DNA of 58,420 nt from Candidatus Eiseniibacteriota bacterium (lineage in GTDB: Bacteria > Eisenbacteria > RBG-16-71-46), in the NCBI GenBank assembly GCA_044223135.1, contig JBGAMH010000002.1, positions 1 to 58,420 on the forward strand, read 5' to 3'. The first letter of the stretch is position 1, and every line of letters begins with the position of its first letter. The position numbers and the translations under genes are program-made. This document shows, piece after piece, positions 27,284 to 35,997 of the stretch. The notes below the pieces were generated by a model. The model was not told the origin of the DNA, ran no database searches, and saw only the letters and a program-made list of their open reading frames with translations.

Positions 27284-27299
27284 TGGCGCGACGATTGCC
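27284..27299 (+). promoter_or_regulatory. Candidate sigma54 (-24/-12) promoter
   Basis: TGGCGCGACGATTGCC matches TGGCACG-N4-TTGC at 10/11 positions with correct spacing. It ends 90 nt upstream of the ATG at 27389. Confidence 0.5.
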
Positions 27300-27388
27300 A
27301 AAGGCCGCCTGCAGGAACCGCGCGCGCGACCCGCCGCGTTCGGATGCGCCGGTGCACATCCCGTGACGACGGACACCCGGAGGACGAC

Positions 27389-27685
27389 ATGCGGCAGGGA
27401 CTTCAATCGCACGAAGCACGCGGTCCCGGATGGCTCCACCTCCTGCCCTGGGTGCGGGAGGCTTCGGGCGAGGAGCGTCGGGCGCTCGCGGATGCCCGGA
27501 CCGGCGACCAACTGGAGGACGGCACCGTGATCCTCCGCGAGGAGGATTTCGATCACATGGGCCTCGAGTCGGTGCGTCGCTGGCTCGTGCAGACCGCGAT
27601 GCACAGCCACCATCGTGTCCTGTACCTGAGGCGACGAAGCATGCGCGCGACGTGGGACCCCGAGCTCGCCGACGACGAGCTCTGA
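27389..27685 (+). CDS. Hypothetical 98-aa protein
   Basis: ATG 4 nt after GGAGGA, inside track ORF 26894..27685. GC3 is moderately high. No signal peptide or recognisable motif. It lies downstream of a sigma54-like promoter. Confidence 0.45.
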   Translation: MRQGLQSHEARGPGWLHLLPWVREASGEERRALADARTGDQLEDGTVILREEDFDHMGLESVRRWLVQTAMHSHHRVLYLRRRSMRATWDPELADDEL

Positions 27686-27725
27686 GCGGAGCGAGCGCGG
27701 CGCGGAGGTCCCCCGCGCCGCGCGT

Positions 27726-29330
27726 TCATCCCAGCGCGGGTAGTGCCGCGCGCGCCGCGCCGAACGCGACGGCGAGCAATGCGCCGATCCCCCAGCCGAT
27801 CAGCACGTCGCCCGGGTAGTGCACGCCGAGATACACGCGCGACGCGCCCACGAGCAGCGCGTAGGCGAAGAACACCGGGCTCAGCGCGGGGGCGTGCGGC
27901 GCCAGCAGCAGTGCGCCGGCGATGGCTCCGGCCGAGTGCCCCGAGGGGAACGACGTGTCACTGGGGCGCCGCCCGATCACGCGCGCCTGCTCGTGCGTCA
28001 CGAACGGGCGATGGCGCCGGAACAGCGCCTTGATCGGGTAGTTCACGGCCAGCATCGCGAGCCACAACGGCGGCATCGTGGCCGCGGCGATCCGCCAGCC
28101 CTGGGCCGGGTGCGCGATCCCGAGCGCGAGTGACGCGACGAGCCAGATCTCGCCGTGATCCACCAGGCTCGATGCGGCGATCATGATGCGGTCGAGCACG
28201 CGGTGGCCCGGGTGCCGGTTGAAGAAGTGGTACATGCCGCTGTCGGCGTCGTGAAGCCGCCGCCACGCGCGGCCGGCCAGGTGCACGCTCCGGGGCGGCG
28301 CGGCCGCGGCCGGCGCCTCGGCGGGTGCCACGGGCGGCGGAACGACCATGCGGATGAGCCCCGGCGCGACGCGCACCACGAGCGGCGTGCGTCCCAGCAG
28401 TTCGCCGTCGCCCTGCACGGGCCACGCGGATCGCGTGCGGATCTCCAGCTTGCGGCGAAAGCGCAGGAAGCGAACTCGTTCGTCGCGCTTGTGGCTGCCC
28501 ACGAGCGCGCGCCACAGCAGCCGCGGCCAGTGCCACACCGACGCGACGTCGTACGCGCACAGGTTGAGCACGCCGTCGTCGGGCAGGATGCCCGGGCCCC
28601 ACGTGAGCGGCGGCGCGCCGAGCGTGCCGGCGTTCGCCACCACGAGCTGCCGCGCGACCAGCCGGATCGGACGGCCGTCCATCACCAGCGAGAAGCGGTT
28701 CGTGCCGTGCCCCACGATGCAGCGCGCGAGCGCCGCGAGGTACGCCAGCCGGCCGTGCGCGAGCTGAGCCTCACGCGTCGTGCCGTCGATCATGAGCGCA
28801 TCGAGCCCCACGCCCAGCTGCGTGAGAAAGCAGCGCTCGCCCACGCGGATGCCGTCGATCACGCGTTCGTGCGCCGACTCCGCCGCCACCCGCACGGCTT
28901 CGTCCAGGTCGAGCGGAATGCCCAGCTCCTGCGCGAGCACGTTCGCCGTGCCGAGCGGAACGATGCCCAGCTGCAACGCGCGGCGGGCCCGCGAGACGGC
29001 GAGGCGCCCCGCCACCAGCGATACGGTGCCGTCGCCGCCTGCGGCGATCACCCGCCCCCCGCCCTCGGCGAGCAGCGCGTCGAGCGCAGCGTCCAGGCGC
29101 GGCTCGAGATCCTCGGAGGGCGCGACTTCGAACCAGCGCAGGACATCGGCGCCGAACGCCGCGACGCACGCCGCCTCGAGCGGCTCGACCTCGGCATGAC
29201 CGGCCCGGCGGGCGAACACCACGAGCACCGGGCCCGTCACGGGCCGGTGCTCGGGCATCACGCTCGGTCCCGTCGTCTCGACCTCGGGGACCGGCAGCGA
29301 GCGGTGTCCACCCGGGAGGGTCGTCCGCAC
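27726..29330 (-). CDS. Fusion protein: diacylglycerol/lipid kinase catalytic domain (YegS/LCB5-like) plus PAP2 acid-phosphatase membrane domain
   Basis: N-terminal half has IAAGGDGTV and GIVPLGTANV (DAGK_cat). C-terminal half has the PAP2 tripartite motif KALFRRHRP...PSGHS...SRVYLGVHYPGD within TM segments. The start is either GTG at 29330 or ATG at 29258. Confidence 0.8.
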   Translation of the reverse strand: MRTTLPGGHRSLPVPEVETTGPSVMPEHRPVTGPVLVVFARRAGHAEVEPLEAACVAAFGADVLRWFEVAPSEDLEPRLDAALDALLAEGGGRVIAAGGDGTVSLVAGRLAVSRARRALQLGIVPLGTANVLAQELGIPLDLDEAVRVAAESAHERVIDGIRVGERCFLTQLGVGLDALMIDGTTREAQLAHGRLAYLAALARCIVGHGTNRFSLVMDGRPIRLVARQLVVANAGTLGAPPLTWGPGILPDDGVLNLCAYDVASVWHWPRLLWRALVGSHKRDERVRFLRFRRKLEIRTRSAWPVQGDGELLGRTPLVVRVAPGLIRMVVPPPVAPAEAPAAAAPPRSVHLAGRAWRRLHDADSGMYHFFNRHPGHRVLDRIMIAASSLVDHGEIWLVASLALGIAHPAQGWRIAAATMPPLWLAMLAVNYPIKALFRRHRPFVTHEQARVIGRRPSDTSFPSGHSAGAIAGALLLAPHAPALSPVFFAYALLVGASRVYLGVHYPGDVLIGWGIGALLAVAFGAARAALPALG

Positions 29331-29333
29331 GCG

Positions 29334-29549
29334 TCAGGCCGTGCGCCGCCCCGAGCGCGCCAGGAGCACCACACCCGCGATCAGCGCGACCGCGCCGGCC
29401 ACCGGGGACATCGGGATCGTGCGCTGCTTGTCGACCGAGGCTTCGATCGGGCCCACGTCGAGCACCTTTTCGCGGCGCGTGTAGGTGAAGCCGCCGTAGA
29501 CCATGGCCACCAGTCCGGCCACGATCAGGATCGTCGCGAGTACGCGCAT
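29334..29549 (-). CDS. Small two-TM membrane protein (71 aa)
   Basis: Internal ATG at 29549 preceded by AAGGAGA. Sequence MRVLATILIVAGLVAMVYGG...PVAGAVALIAGVVLLA. Confidence 0.7.
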   Translation of the reverse strand: MRVLATILIVAGLVAMVYGGFTYTRREKVLDVGPIEASVDKQRTIPMSPVAGAVALIAGVVLLARSGRRTA

Positions 29550-29598
29550 GGCTGTCTCCTTCGTGTGGGGCAGTGGCCGCCCGGAGGCGGCCCCGCGT

Positions 29599-29919
29599 TC
29601 AGGATGTAGCGGAATGAGGCGAGGTGTCGTCGTCGCGGTGCCGCGCGTCCCGCGCCTTGCCGAACGCCTCGCGACCGGCGTTGAAGGCGGAGGACGCGTC
29701 ACTGCGGGCGTCCTCGAAGCGGTGCCGCACTTCGTCGAGTCCGTGATCCAGCCCGCTCCGCAGGTTCTCGGCCACGCGACCCAGACGGCGGCGAGTCCGA
29801 CTGCCGGAGGCCGGCGCCAGCAACAGCGCGACACCTGCACCCAGCGCGGCGCCGATAAGGAAGCCGACGGCCACCGGGCCGCCGTTGGAGCTTTCGGAAA
29901 CTGCCGTTTGCTCATGCAT
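29599..29919 (-). CDS. YtxH-domain general-stress-type protein
   Basis: ATG at 29919 preceded by GGAGGAG. Sequence GFLIGAALGAGVALLLAPASGSRTRRRL followed by a charged helical tail, which is typical of YtxH. Confidence 0.7.
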   Translation of the reverse strand: MHEQTAVSESSNGGPVAVGFLIGAALGAGVALLLAPASGSRTRRRLGRVAENLRSGLDHGLDEVRHRFEDARSDASSAFNAGREAFGKARDARHRDDDTSPHSATS

Positions 29920-30212
29920 GGGCACTCCTCCGTTCAGCGGGGCGCTCCGTGGAGCGGCGCGCCTCCGGGTCCACCAGCGGACGCGCACCCGCGCGCACGC
30001 ACAGCACCATCACCAGGTTCGTGCCTGATCCCCTCCGCCCCGTCGAAGCTCCTCGTCGAAGCCCCGAGCGGGCGGGGAGAAGCACGCGAGGGTGGCCGCG
30101 CCTGCACCACCCCCCGGGGGAAACGTGGAGGCGTCTGTCGCTCCGGCGTCCGTTCCGGGCGGACCGCTGGAGCGCATCGCCTCCACGGCGGCATGCCGCG
30201 ACGCGCCGCGGA

Positions 30213-30365
30213 TCAAGCGACGGGTCGTCGCCCCTGGATGACGCGAATGAGCAACGTGCCGATCGCGAGCAGCAACAGGATGTGGATGAAGCCACCCAGC
30301 GTGTACGAACTCACCATCCCGACGAGCCACAGCAGCAGCAGCACTACGAAGATCGTCCACAGCAT
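30213..30365 (-). CDS. lmo0937-family small membrane protein (50 aa)
   Basis: ATG at 30365 preceded by GGAGG. MLWTIFVVLLLLWLVGMVSSYTLGGFIHILLLLAIGTLLIRVIQGRRPVA closely follows the pattern of this family. Confidence 0.75.
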   Translation of the reverse strand: MLWTIFVVLLLLWLVGMVSSYTLGGFIHILLLLAIGTLLIRVIQGRRPVA

Positions 30366-30544
30366 CGGAGCCTCCTCTCGGATCAGCGCGCTCGTGATGT
30401 GGCACGGACGCGGTGGGTGAACCGGTTCCGAGTCCCACGTACTGCAGGCGCCATGCCACGGGTCGCCTGCGCAGCGCCGCAACGAGTTCACGCAGCCGCG
30501 TCCAAAGCGAGACGTGTCGAACGTGTAAGGCGCGCCTCGCGACA

Positions 30545-30557
30545 TGTAAGGGCTACA
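30545..30557. promoter_or_regulatory. TGTA-N5-TACA palindrome (candidate enhancer/UAS)
   Basis: TGTAAGGGCTACA. Its centre is ~108 nt upstream of the GG of the 30658 promoter. A further CGTGTA lies 21 nt upstream (30522). Confidence 0.45.
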
Positions 30558-30657
30558 CGCCGCTCATCACGGCGCACGTGTCCACGATTCGACAGGCCTC
30601 CGCCATCGCGCACGCGTCCAGCCGCGTGCGACGGATGCGACGAACCGCGCGACTGCG

Positions 30658-30673
30658 CGGCACGTGCCTTGCC
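30658..30673 (+). promoter_or_regulatory. Candidate sigma54 (-24/-12) promoter of the 30797 beta-barrel gene
   Basis: CGGCACGTGCCTTGCC matches TGGCACG-N4-TTGC at 10/11 positions. It lies ~125 nt upstream of the GTG at 30797. Confidence 0.55.
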
Positions 30674-30796
30674 CCCCGCTTCGACGGCGCTTCGGCGCAT
30701 CCGGCCGTTCCCGTGCCGTACCTCGAATCGCGATTCCCGATCGGCCGCGCACCGCGGCGGCCGGGCCGAAGCGATTCCCATCGAAGGAGGTGCTTC

Positions 30797-31354
30797 GTGC
30801 GACATCCGAGATCCGTCGTTCCAGCCCGCGCTGTCGTGGCCGTGCTCGCCGCGCTGCTCGCCTTCGCCGCATCGTCGGCGCGGGCGGCCGAGCTCATTCC
30901 ATCCGTCGGGCTCACGCGCACGATCGACGGGGGCAACGACACCCGCACGTTCGGTGGGCTCGCGCTGCGAACGCCGATCGTACCGCTGCTCGCCGGTGAG
31001 ATCGGCGTGGCGTACCGCAGCGAATCGCGATTCGACGACCAGCTGCACGTCCGCATGTGGCCGGTGACCGCGTCGCTGTGGTTGACGCCGGTGCCCGCGC
31101 TCTACGCGGGCGCGGGCGTGGGCTGGTACAACGTCACGCTGGACTACGACGACGCGCTGCCGATCCGCGACGAGACCCGGCAGGAGTTCGGCGTCCACGT
31201 GGGCGGTGGCATGCGCGTGCCGGTGGCGCCTTCGGCGACCGTGGACCTGAACGGTCGCTACGTGATGATGCGCGACCAGGAGAGCCGCCTCGTGCCCGAG
31301 AAGTTCGACCCCGACTTCTGGCAGCTCTCGCTGGGCCTCGGGCTCCGCTTCTGA
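30797..31354 (+). CDS. Small outer-membrane beta-barrel protein (OmpW/OmpA-barrel-like, 185 aa)
   Basis: GTG at 30797, 6 nt after GAAGGAGG. Signal VRHPRSVVPARAVVAVLAALLAFAASSARA. Alternating beta-strand pattern. The terminal ...SLGLGLRF has the aromatic C-terminus typical of OMPs. Confidence 0.75.
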   Translation: MRHPRSVVPARAVVAVLAALLAFAASSARAAELIPSVGLTRTIDGGNDTRTFGGLALRTPIVPLLAGEIGVAYRSESRFDDQLHVRMWPVTASLWLTPVPALYAGAGVGWYNVTLDYDDALPIRDETRQEFGVHVGGGMRVPVAPSATVDLNGRYVMMRDQESRLVPEKFDPDFWQLSLGLGLRF

Positions 31355-31400
31355 CGCCCGGGCGCGCGGCTCCGCCGACCTCGAGTCGGGCCGCGCGCCT

Positions 31401-32786
31401 CTAGCTCTCGACGTCCTCGGTGGCCTGGCCGGCCGCCTCGTAGAGGTTCAGCCGGTTGTAGAGCGTCTTGAGGCTGATCCCCAGCACTTCTGCCGCGCGC
31501 TTCTTGTCACCCTGCAGCTCGGCGAGCGTGGCCTGGATCAGGCGGCGTTCCGCGTCGTCCACCGTGGAGCCGATCCGCACCTGCAGCACGGTGCCTCCGT
31601 TCGCGGACGGCATGGTGCGCGGCGCCGAGTCGGGCTCGGGCAGCAGCTCGGTCACGATGACGCTGTCGGCGAGGATCGCCGCTCGTTCCACCACGTTCTT
31701 CAGCTCGCGCACGTTCCCCGGCCAGCTGTGTGCGCGCAGGCGCGCGTGCGCGTCGGCCGCCCACACCTTGTGCGTCTTCTCCCGCGCGTTGAAGGACTCC
31801 AGGAAGTGGTCGGCCAGCAGGTCCACGTCGTCGCCCCGCTCGCGCAGCGCCGGGAGCGGGATCGGGAACACGTTCAGCCGGTAGAACAGGTCCTCGCGCA
31901 GCTTGCCGTCGGCGATCGCGCGCACCGGGTCGCGGTTGGAGGCGGCGATCACGCGCACGTCCACCGGCAGCACGTCGGCCCCGCCCACGCGCATGATCGT
32001 GGACGATTCGAGCACGCGCAGCAGCTTCGACTGGAACTCGATCGGCATCTCGGTGACCTCGTCCAGGAACAGGGTGCCGCCCTCGGCGCGCTCGAAGTAG
32101 CCCTGCCGGACGCGATCCGCTCCGGTGAAGCTGCCCTTCTCGTGGCCGAACAGTTCGCTCTCCATGAGCGAACTCGCGATCGCGCCGCAGTTGACCGCCA
32201 GGAACGGCGCCTCGCTGCGACGGCTCAGCCGGTGGATCGTCTCGGCCGCCACTTCCTTGCCGGTGCCGCTCTCGCCCGTCAACAGCACGCTCGCACGCGT
32301 GGGCGCCACGCGGCCGATCAGGTCGTACACCTGCTGCATCGCGGGAGACCGGCCTACGAGGGGGCCGAAACGACCCAGCTCACGCAGCTCGTCGCGAAGG
32401 TGCCGCAGCTCGGCCTTGAGCCGTCGCGTCCGCGCGACGTTCGCGAGGATGCTCTTGAGTCGTGCCCGATCCACGGGCTTCGTGAGGTAGTCGAGCGCGC
32501 CTTCGCGCAGCGCCTGCACCGCGGATTCGATGCTGGCGTTGCCCGTGATCACGACGAACTCGCACTTGTCGGCGAGTCGTTCGTCGCGCATGAGCGCCAG
32601 GCCGTCGCCGTCGGGCAGCACGAGGTCGATCAGCGCCACGTCGGGGCAGTTCTCGATCAGGCGCGGGAGTGCGTCCGCGTAGCTCGCGGACTCGAGCACG
32701 TCGAAGCCCTCGCGCTGGACCAGCTGGGCGAGGCTGCTGCGGAAGTTCGAATCGTCCTCGAGAATCAGGGCGGTCATGGGGCTCAT
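31401..32786 (-). CDS. Sigma54-dependent response regulator (NtrC family: REC plus AAA+ plus HTH)
   Basis: Internal ATG at 32786 preceded by GAGGGAA. Receiver domain (LILEDD...DLVLPDGDG). AAA+ motifs GESGTGKE, ESELFGHEKGSFTGA and FLDEV. C-terminal Fis-type HTH (AAEVLGISLKTLYNRL). Confidence 0.9.
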   Translation of the reverse strand: MSPMTALILEDDSNFRSSLAQLVQREGFDVLESASYADALPRLIENCPDVALIDLVLPDGDGLALMRDERLADKCEFVVITGNASIESAVQALREGALDYLTKPVDRARLKSILANVARTRRLKAELRHLRDELRELGRFGPLVGRSPAMQQVYDLIGRVAPTRASVLLTGESGTGKEVAAETIHRLSRRSEAPFLAVNCGAIASSLMESELFGHEKGSFTGADRVRQGYFERAEGGTLFLDEVTEMPIEFQSKLLRVLESSTIMRVGGADVLPVDVRVIAASNRDPVRAIADGKLREDLFYRLNVFPIPLPALRERGDDVDLLADHFLESFNAREKTHKVWAADAHARLRAHSWPGNVRELKNVVERAAILADSVIVTELLPEPDSAPRTMPSANGGTVLQVRIGSTVDDAERRLIQATLAELQGDKKRAAEVLGISLKTLYNRLNLYEAAGQATEDVES

Positions 32787-32940
32787 GGTGTTCCCTCGGC
32801 GGGTCGGATGAGCCACGGCATCGATGCGGACGCGATCGTCTCGTCCGGACGCCGTGGACGGCGGGCCGGGTGCGGATCGCGCGTGCAGTCTCGCACGCAC
32901 ACGACACGCGGGCGAACACTCCCGTGAACGGGCCCCCGGG

Positions 32941-33396
32941 TCAGTGGACGCCCTGGGCGCCGGGGGCTTCGTTCAGTTCGATCCAGTAACGAGCGGCCTC
33001 CGCGAGGTAACTGCCGGGGCGAAGCGCCTCGAAGCGCTTCACCAGGTAGCTGTTGGCTCCCATCTCGTAGCTGCGCAACACGTCCTCGGGACGCTTCGAG
33101 GACGACACCACCACGATGGGAACGTGGTTCGTGCGATCGGATTCCCGGATCCTCCGTAGGACTTCCCACCCGCTGACCCCGGGCATCGAGAGGTCGAGCA
33201 TCACGAGCACGGGACGCGGCCGCGCCGGATCGGCGGCGGTGTCCGCCGCCAGGCCGAGCATGCGCAAGGCCTCCGCACCCGTCGCGGCCGTGAGGACGTC
33301 CACCGTGAGACTCGCGCGCGCCAGTGCCCGGCGCGCCACCATCAGGTGTCCTTCGTCATCGTCGACCAGGAGAATCGTGGTCACCTTGTCGTTCAC
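32941..33396 (-). CDS. Stand-alone CheY-like response-regulator receiver protein
   Basis: GTG start overlaps the kinase stop as GTGA. Motifs ILLVDDDEGH, LVMLDLSMPGVSG and SYLVKRF. Confidence 0.85.
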   Translation of the reverse strand: MNDKVTTILLVDDDEGHLMVARRALARASLTVDVLTAATGAEALRMLGLAADTAADPARPRPVLVMLDLSMPGVSGWEVLRRIRESDRTNHVPIVVVSSSKRPEDVLRSYEMGANSYLVKRFEALRPGSYLAEAARYWIELNEAPGAQGVH

Positions 33397-35084
33397 GCCG
33401 TCTCCCCCATGTGCGGCAGTGCGAAGCCGAACGTGGCTCCGCCGTCCTCACTGCTCTCGGCCCAGACCCGGCCTCCATGCTTGCGCACGATCTTCGCCAC
33501 GATCGCCAGCCCGAGTCCGGCGCCTTCGTATTCCTTCGCGGTGTGCAACCGCCGGAACGGTTCGAACACGGCTTGCCCCTGCGCGGCATCGAAGCCGATG
33601 CCGTTGTCGGAGACCACGTACACGTTCTCCGACCCGCGGGTCTCGCCCGTGACGGCGATGCGTCGCAGTTCGCGGCCGCGCGTGTACTTGAGCGCGTTGC
33701 TCAGCAGGTTGCGGAAGACGCGCCCGAGCAGGGCCGCGTTGCCACTTGCGGGCGGCAGGCTCTGCAGCTGGAACTCCACGTCGCGGGCATCCTCGCTGCC
33801 CACCACGACCTCGGAATACGCGTCCCGGGCGATCTCCGTCATGTCGACCTGCGTGCGCTCGGTGTCTTCGCGGCCCATCCACACGAACTCCACGAGCTGG
33901 TCGAGGAGCCGGATCGCCGACTGGCCCCCCGCCTGCACGCGTCGCAGCAGTCGCAGGCCTTCCTCGTCGAGGCGCTTGCCATAGTCCTCCTCGAGGATGG
34001 ATGCGTAGTTCAGGATCGCGCCGACGGGCGACCGCAGGTCGTGCGAGATCGAATGGCTGAACGTTTCGAGTTCCGTGACCACCTCGAGCAGCTGCGTGGT
34101 GCGCGCCTCGACGCGCGCCTCGAGTTCGTCGTTCATCTTCTGAAGCGTCTGGTCGCGCTGGAAGAGCTCCGTCACCTGCGCGTCGAGCCGGCTATTCGTG
34201 GCCGCGAGCGCCGACGAGTAGTCGCGCAGCTTCGAGAACTGGAACGCGATGGCGCCGAGCGCCAGCGACAGCAGCGCGCCCGCGAGCAGGAAGAAGTTCG
34301 GCCAGGTGGACACCGAACCCGCCATGAACGCCTCGGTGGGGCGGTAGTGCACGAGCCACATGCGCCCGAACACCTGCGGTAGCGGCATGTCGATCGCCAT
34401 GCCGGGACCCTGCGCAGTCGCGGGCGTGCCCCACTCGTACACGATCTGCGCCGAGTCCGACTCGATCGCGTACGAGATGAAGTCGCCGCTCGTGAGCAAT
34501 TCGCGACCCAGCAGCTTCTCCGGCGACAGTGCGGCCACGAGCATGCCGACGGAGTCGTCCGGCGTTCGCACCGGCATGAACAGCACGAGCGAGCGGCGGG
34601 ACGCGTCGGGATAGACCATCTCGCTGCCCGGCTGGTTCACGCGCGACATGGCCTCGGCCGCGATTCTCGTGTCGAGCGTGGCGCTGGAGTCCTTCGCGGC
34701 GAAGCGCTGCGTCCCGCTGGCGCCGTTGACCCAGGCGATCCACTCCATGCCACGGAAATTGCCGAGCATCATCTGGGAGTTGAACTCCCAGGCGTCCTCG
34801 CTGAGCAGGCCGTGGAGCTGCCAGAACTGTGCGAGATTGCGCAGCGCCTGCACGTGGCGCTCCACGCGCACGTTCAGCACCGCGTGGATCTCGTGGGCGA
34901 GCACGCTGAGCGTCTTCTCCGAACGGGCCCGGGAGTCCCGCATGGTGCTCCACCACGCCCACACCGTGCCGCCCGTGCCGAGCACGAAGATGAGAATCAA
35001 CGCCACGCGACGTTGCGTGCGGGAGCCGCGCAGGTCCGATGCGAAGCGCGGAGCGGGTGGGGTCGATCGGCCGGAGTTGGGCAT
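33393..35084 (-). CDS. Sensor histidine kinase with periplasmic sensing domain between two TM segments
   Basis: ATG at 35084 (the track start, GTG at 35150, is also possible; neither has a clear SD). TM1 is VALILIFVLGTGGTVWAWW, followed by a ~230-aa extracytoplasmic region and TM2. HisKA motif FSHSISHDLRSPV. HATPase motifs NLLSNALKYT, DNGIGFD and GAGLGLAI. Confidence 0.85.
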   Translation of the reverse strand: MPNSGRSTPPAPRFASDLRGSRTQRRVALILIFVLGTGGTVWAWWSTMRDSRARSEKTLSVLAHEIHAVLNVRVERHVQALRNLAQFWQLHGLLSEDAWEFNSQMMLGNFRGMEWIAWVNGASGTQRFAAKDSSATLDTRIAAEAMSRVNQPGSEMVYPDASRRSLVLFMPVRTPDDSVGMLVAALSPEKLLGRELLTSGDFISYAIESDSAQIVYEWGTPATAQGPGMAIDMPLPQVFGRMWLVHYRPTEAFMAGSVSTWPNFFLLAGALLSLALGAIAFQFSKLRDYSSALAATNSRLDAQVTELFQRDQTLQKMNDELEARVEARTTQLLEVVTELETFSHSISHDLRSPVGAILNYASILEEDYGKRLDEEGLRLLRRVQAGGQSAIRLLDQLVEFVWMGREDTERTQVDMTEIARDAYSEVVVGSEDARDVEFQLQSLPPASGNAALLGRVFRNLLSNALKYTRGRELRRIAVTGETRGSENVYVVSDNGIGFDAAQGQAVFEPFRRLHTAKEYEGAGLGLAIVAKIVRKHGGRVWAESSEDGGATFGFALPHMGETA

Positions 35085-35331
35085 GGGGCCCCCGAGGAGT
35101 ACACGAAGACCCGACCGCCGAGTACCCGGCGAGTCGGGTTGAAGCGACACCGCGTCGTTCGGCGTGCGGGCCTTGCCCGCAAGCTAACGGGTCGCCGGGC
35201 GGTGGCTCAATCCTTTCCGAGCGTTCACCCGTAACGGCCGCAGCTCGCATGCCCGGTCGCCCCCGGCCGGGGATGGTCACGGTTCTCCCCACGTCACTCC
35301 AACCGCGCCATCCACCGGGACCGGGGAACTC

Positions 35332-35817
35332 TCAGAAGCGGACACCCCCCGACAACACCACCTGCCCGTCTTCACCGAAGACGCCTCGCACCTGGCCGAA
35401 GGGACGCACGCGTCCGCGTGTGCCGCCCACTCCCGTGAGCACGTTCAGGCCGATGTCCGTGTGAGAGTCGCCGATGTCGGGGTCGGTCATGATCAGCGCG
35501 GGACCGCCGCCGAACCACACCGAGGTCGAGCGACCCGAGGCGAAGTCGTAATGAAAATCACCGTTCACGGCGAGGCGGTCGCGCGTGTCGCCGAACGCCA
35601 CTTCCATGTTCGGATTGAAGTACCAGTGACCGTCCTCGCCGACCGGCGTCAGCACGCCGGCGCCCAGCCCGACGGCATCCGCGTCGGGGAAGATGCTGGC
35701 GCGGACATCCGCGTCCGTCGCCCGGGCGGGCGACGTTCCGAGAATCACGAGCATCGCAGTGACGACGAGTGCCCGGGCAGCGGCGGCCGTGCGGTCGAAC
35801 GCGTGGTGTCGATTCAT
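35332..35817 (-). CDS. Small outer-membrane beta-barrel protein (161 aa)
   Basis: Internal ATG at 35817 preceded by GGGGAGGG. Signal with ...LGTSPARA. Gly-rich alternating strands. Terminal ...LSGGVRF. Confidence 0.7.
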   Translation of the reverse strand: MNRHHAFDRTAAAARALVVTAMLVILGTSPARATDADVRASIFPDADAVGLGAGVLTPVGEDGHWYFNPNMEVAFGDTRDRLAVNGDFHYDFASGRSTSVWFGGGPALIMTDPDIGDSHTDIGLNVLTGVGGTRGRVRPFGQVRGVFGEDGQVVLSGGVRF

Positions 35818-35884
35818 GTCGCCCTCCCCATGGTGTGTGTCGGGACCCCGGACGATGCGGCCCGGAGTCCGCGGGAAGGACAAC

Positions 35885-35899
35885 GCACTCGGCGTGCCA
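35885..35899 (-). promoter_or_regulatory. Candidate sigma54 (-24/-12) promoter of the 35817 beta-barrel gene
   Basis: Reverse strand reads TGGCACGCCGAGTGC: a perfect -24 TGGCACG, a -12 of GTGC, and correct GG-N10-GC spacing. The -12 element lies ~68 nt upstream of the ATG. Confidence 0.5.
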
Positions 35900-35997
35900 C
35901 GCGTGTCCACGGGGGCGGCTCGGCGTAACCGCTTGGGCGCAAAGGGGGCCGCTGACGAAACGGCAGGCGGCGCGCGTGTACGAAGCGACTTCGGCCG

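Noticed and set aside
30011-30026. Sigma54-like element upstream of the YtxH gene (reverse strand AGGCACGAACCTGGTG)
   Set aside because: The -24 half is good, but the -12 position reads TGGT and so lacks the near-invariant GC.
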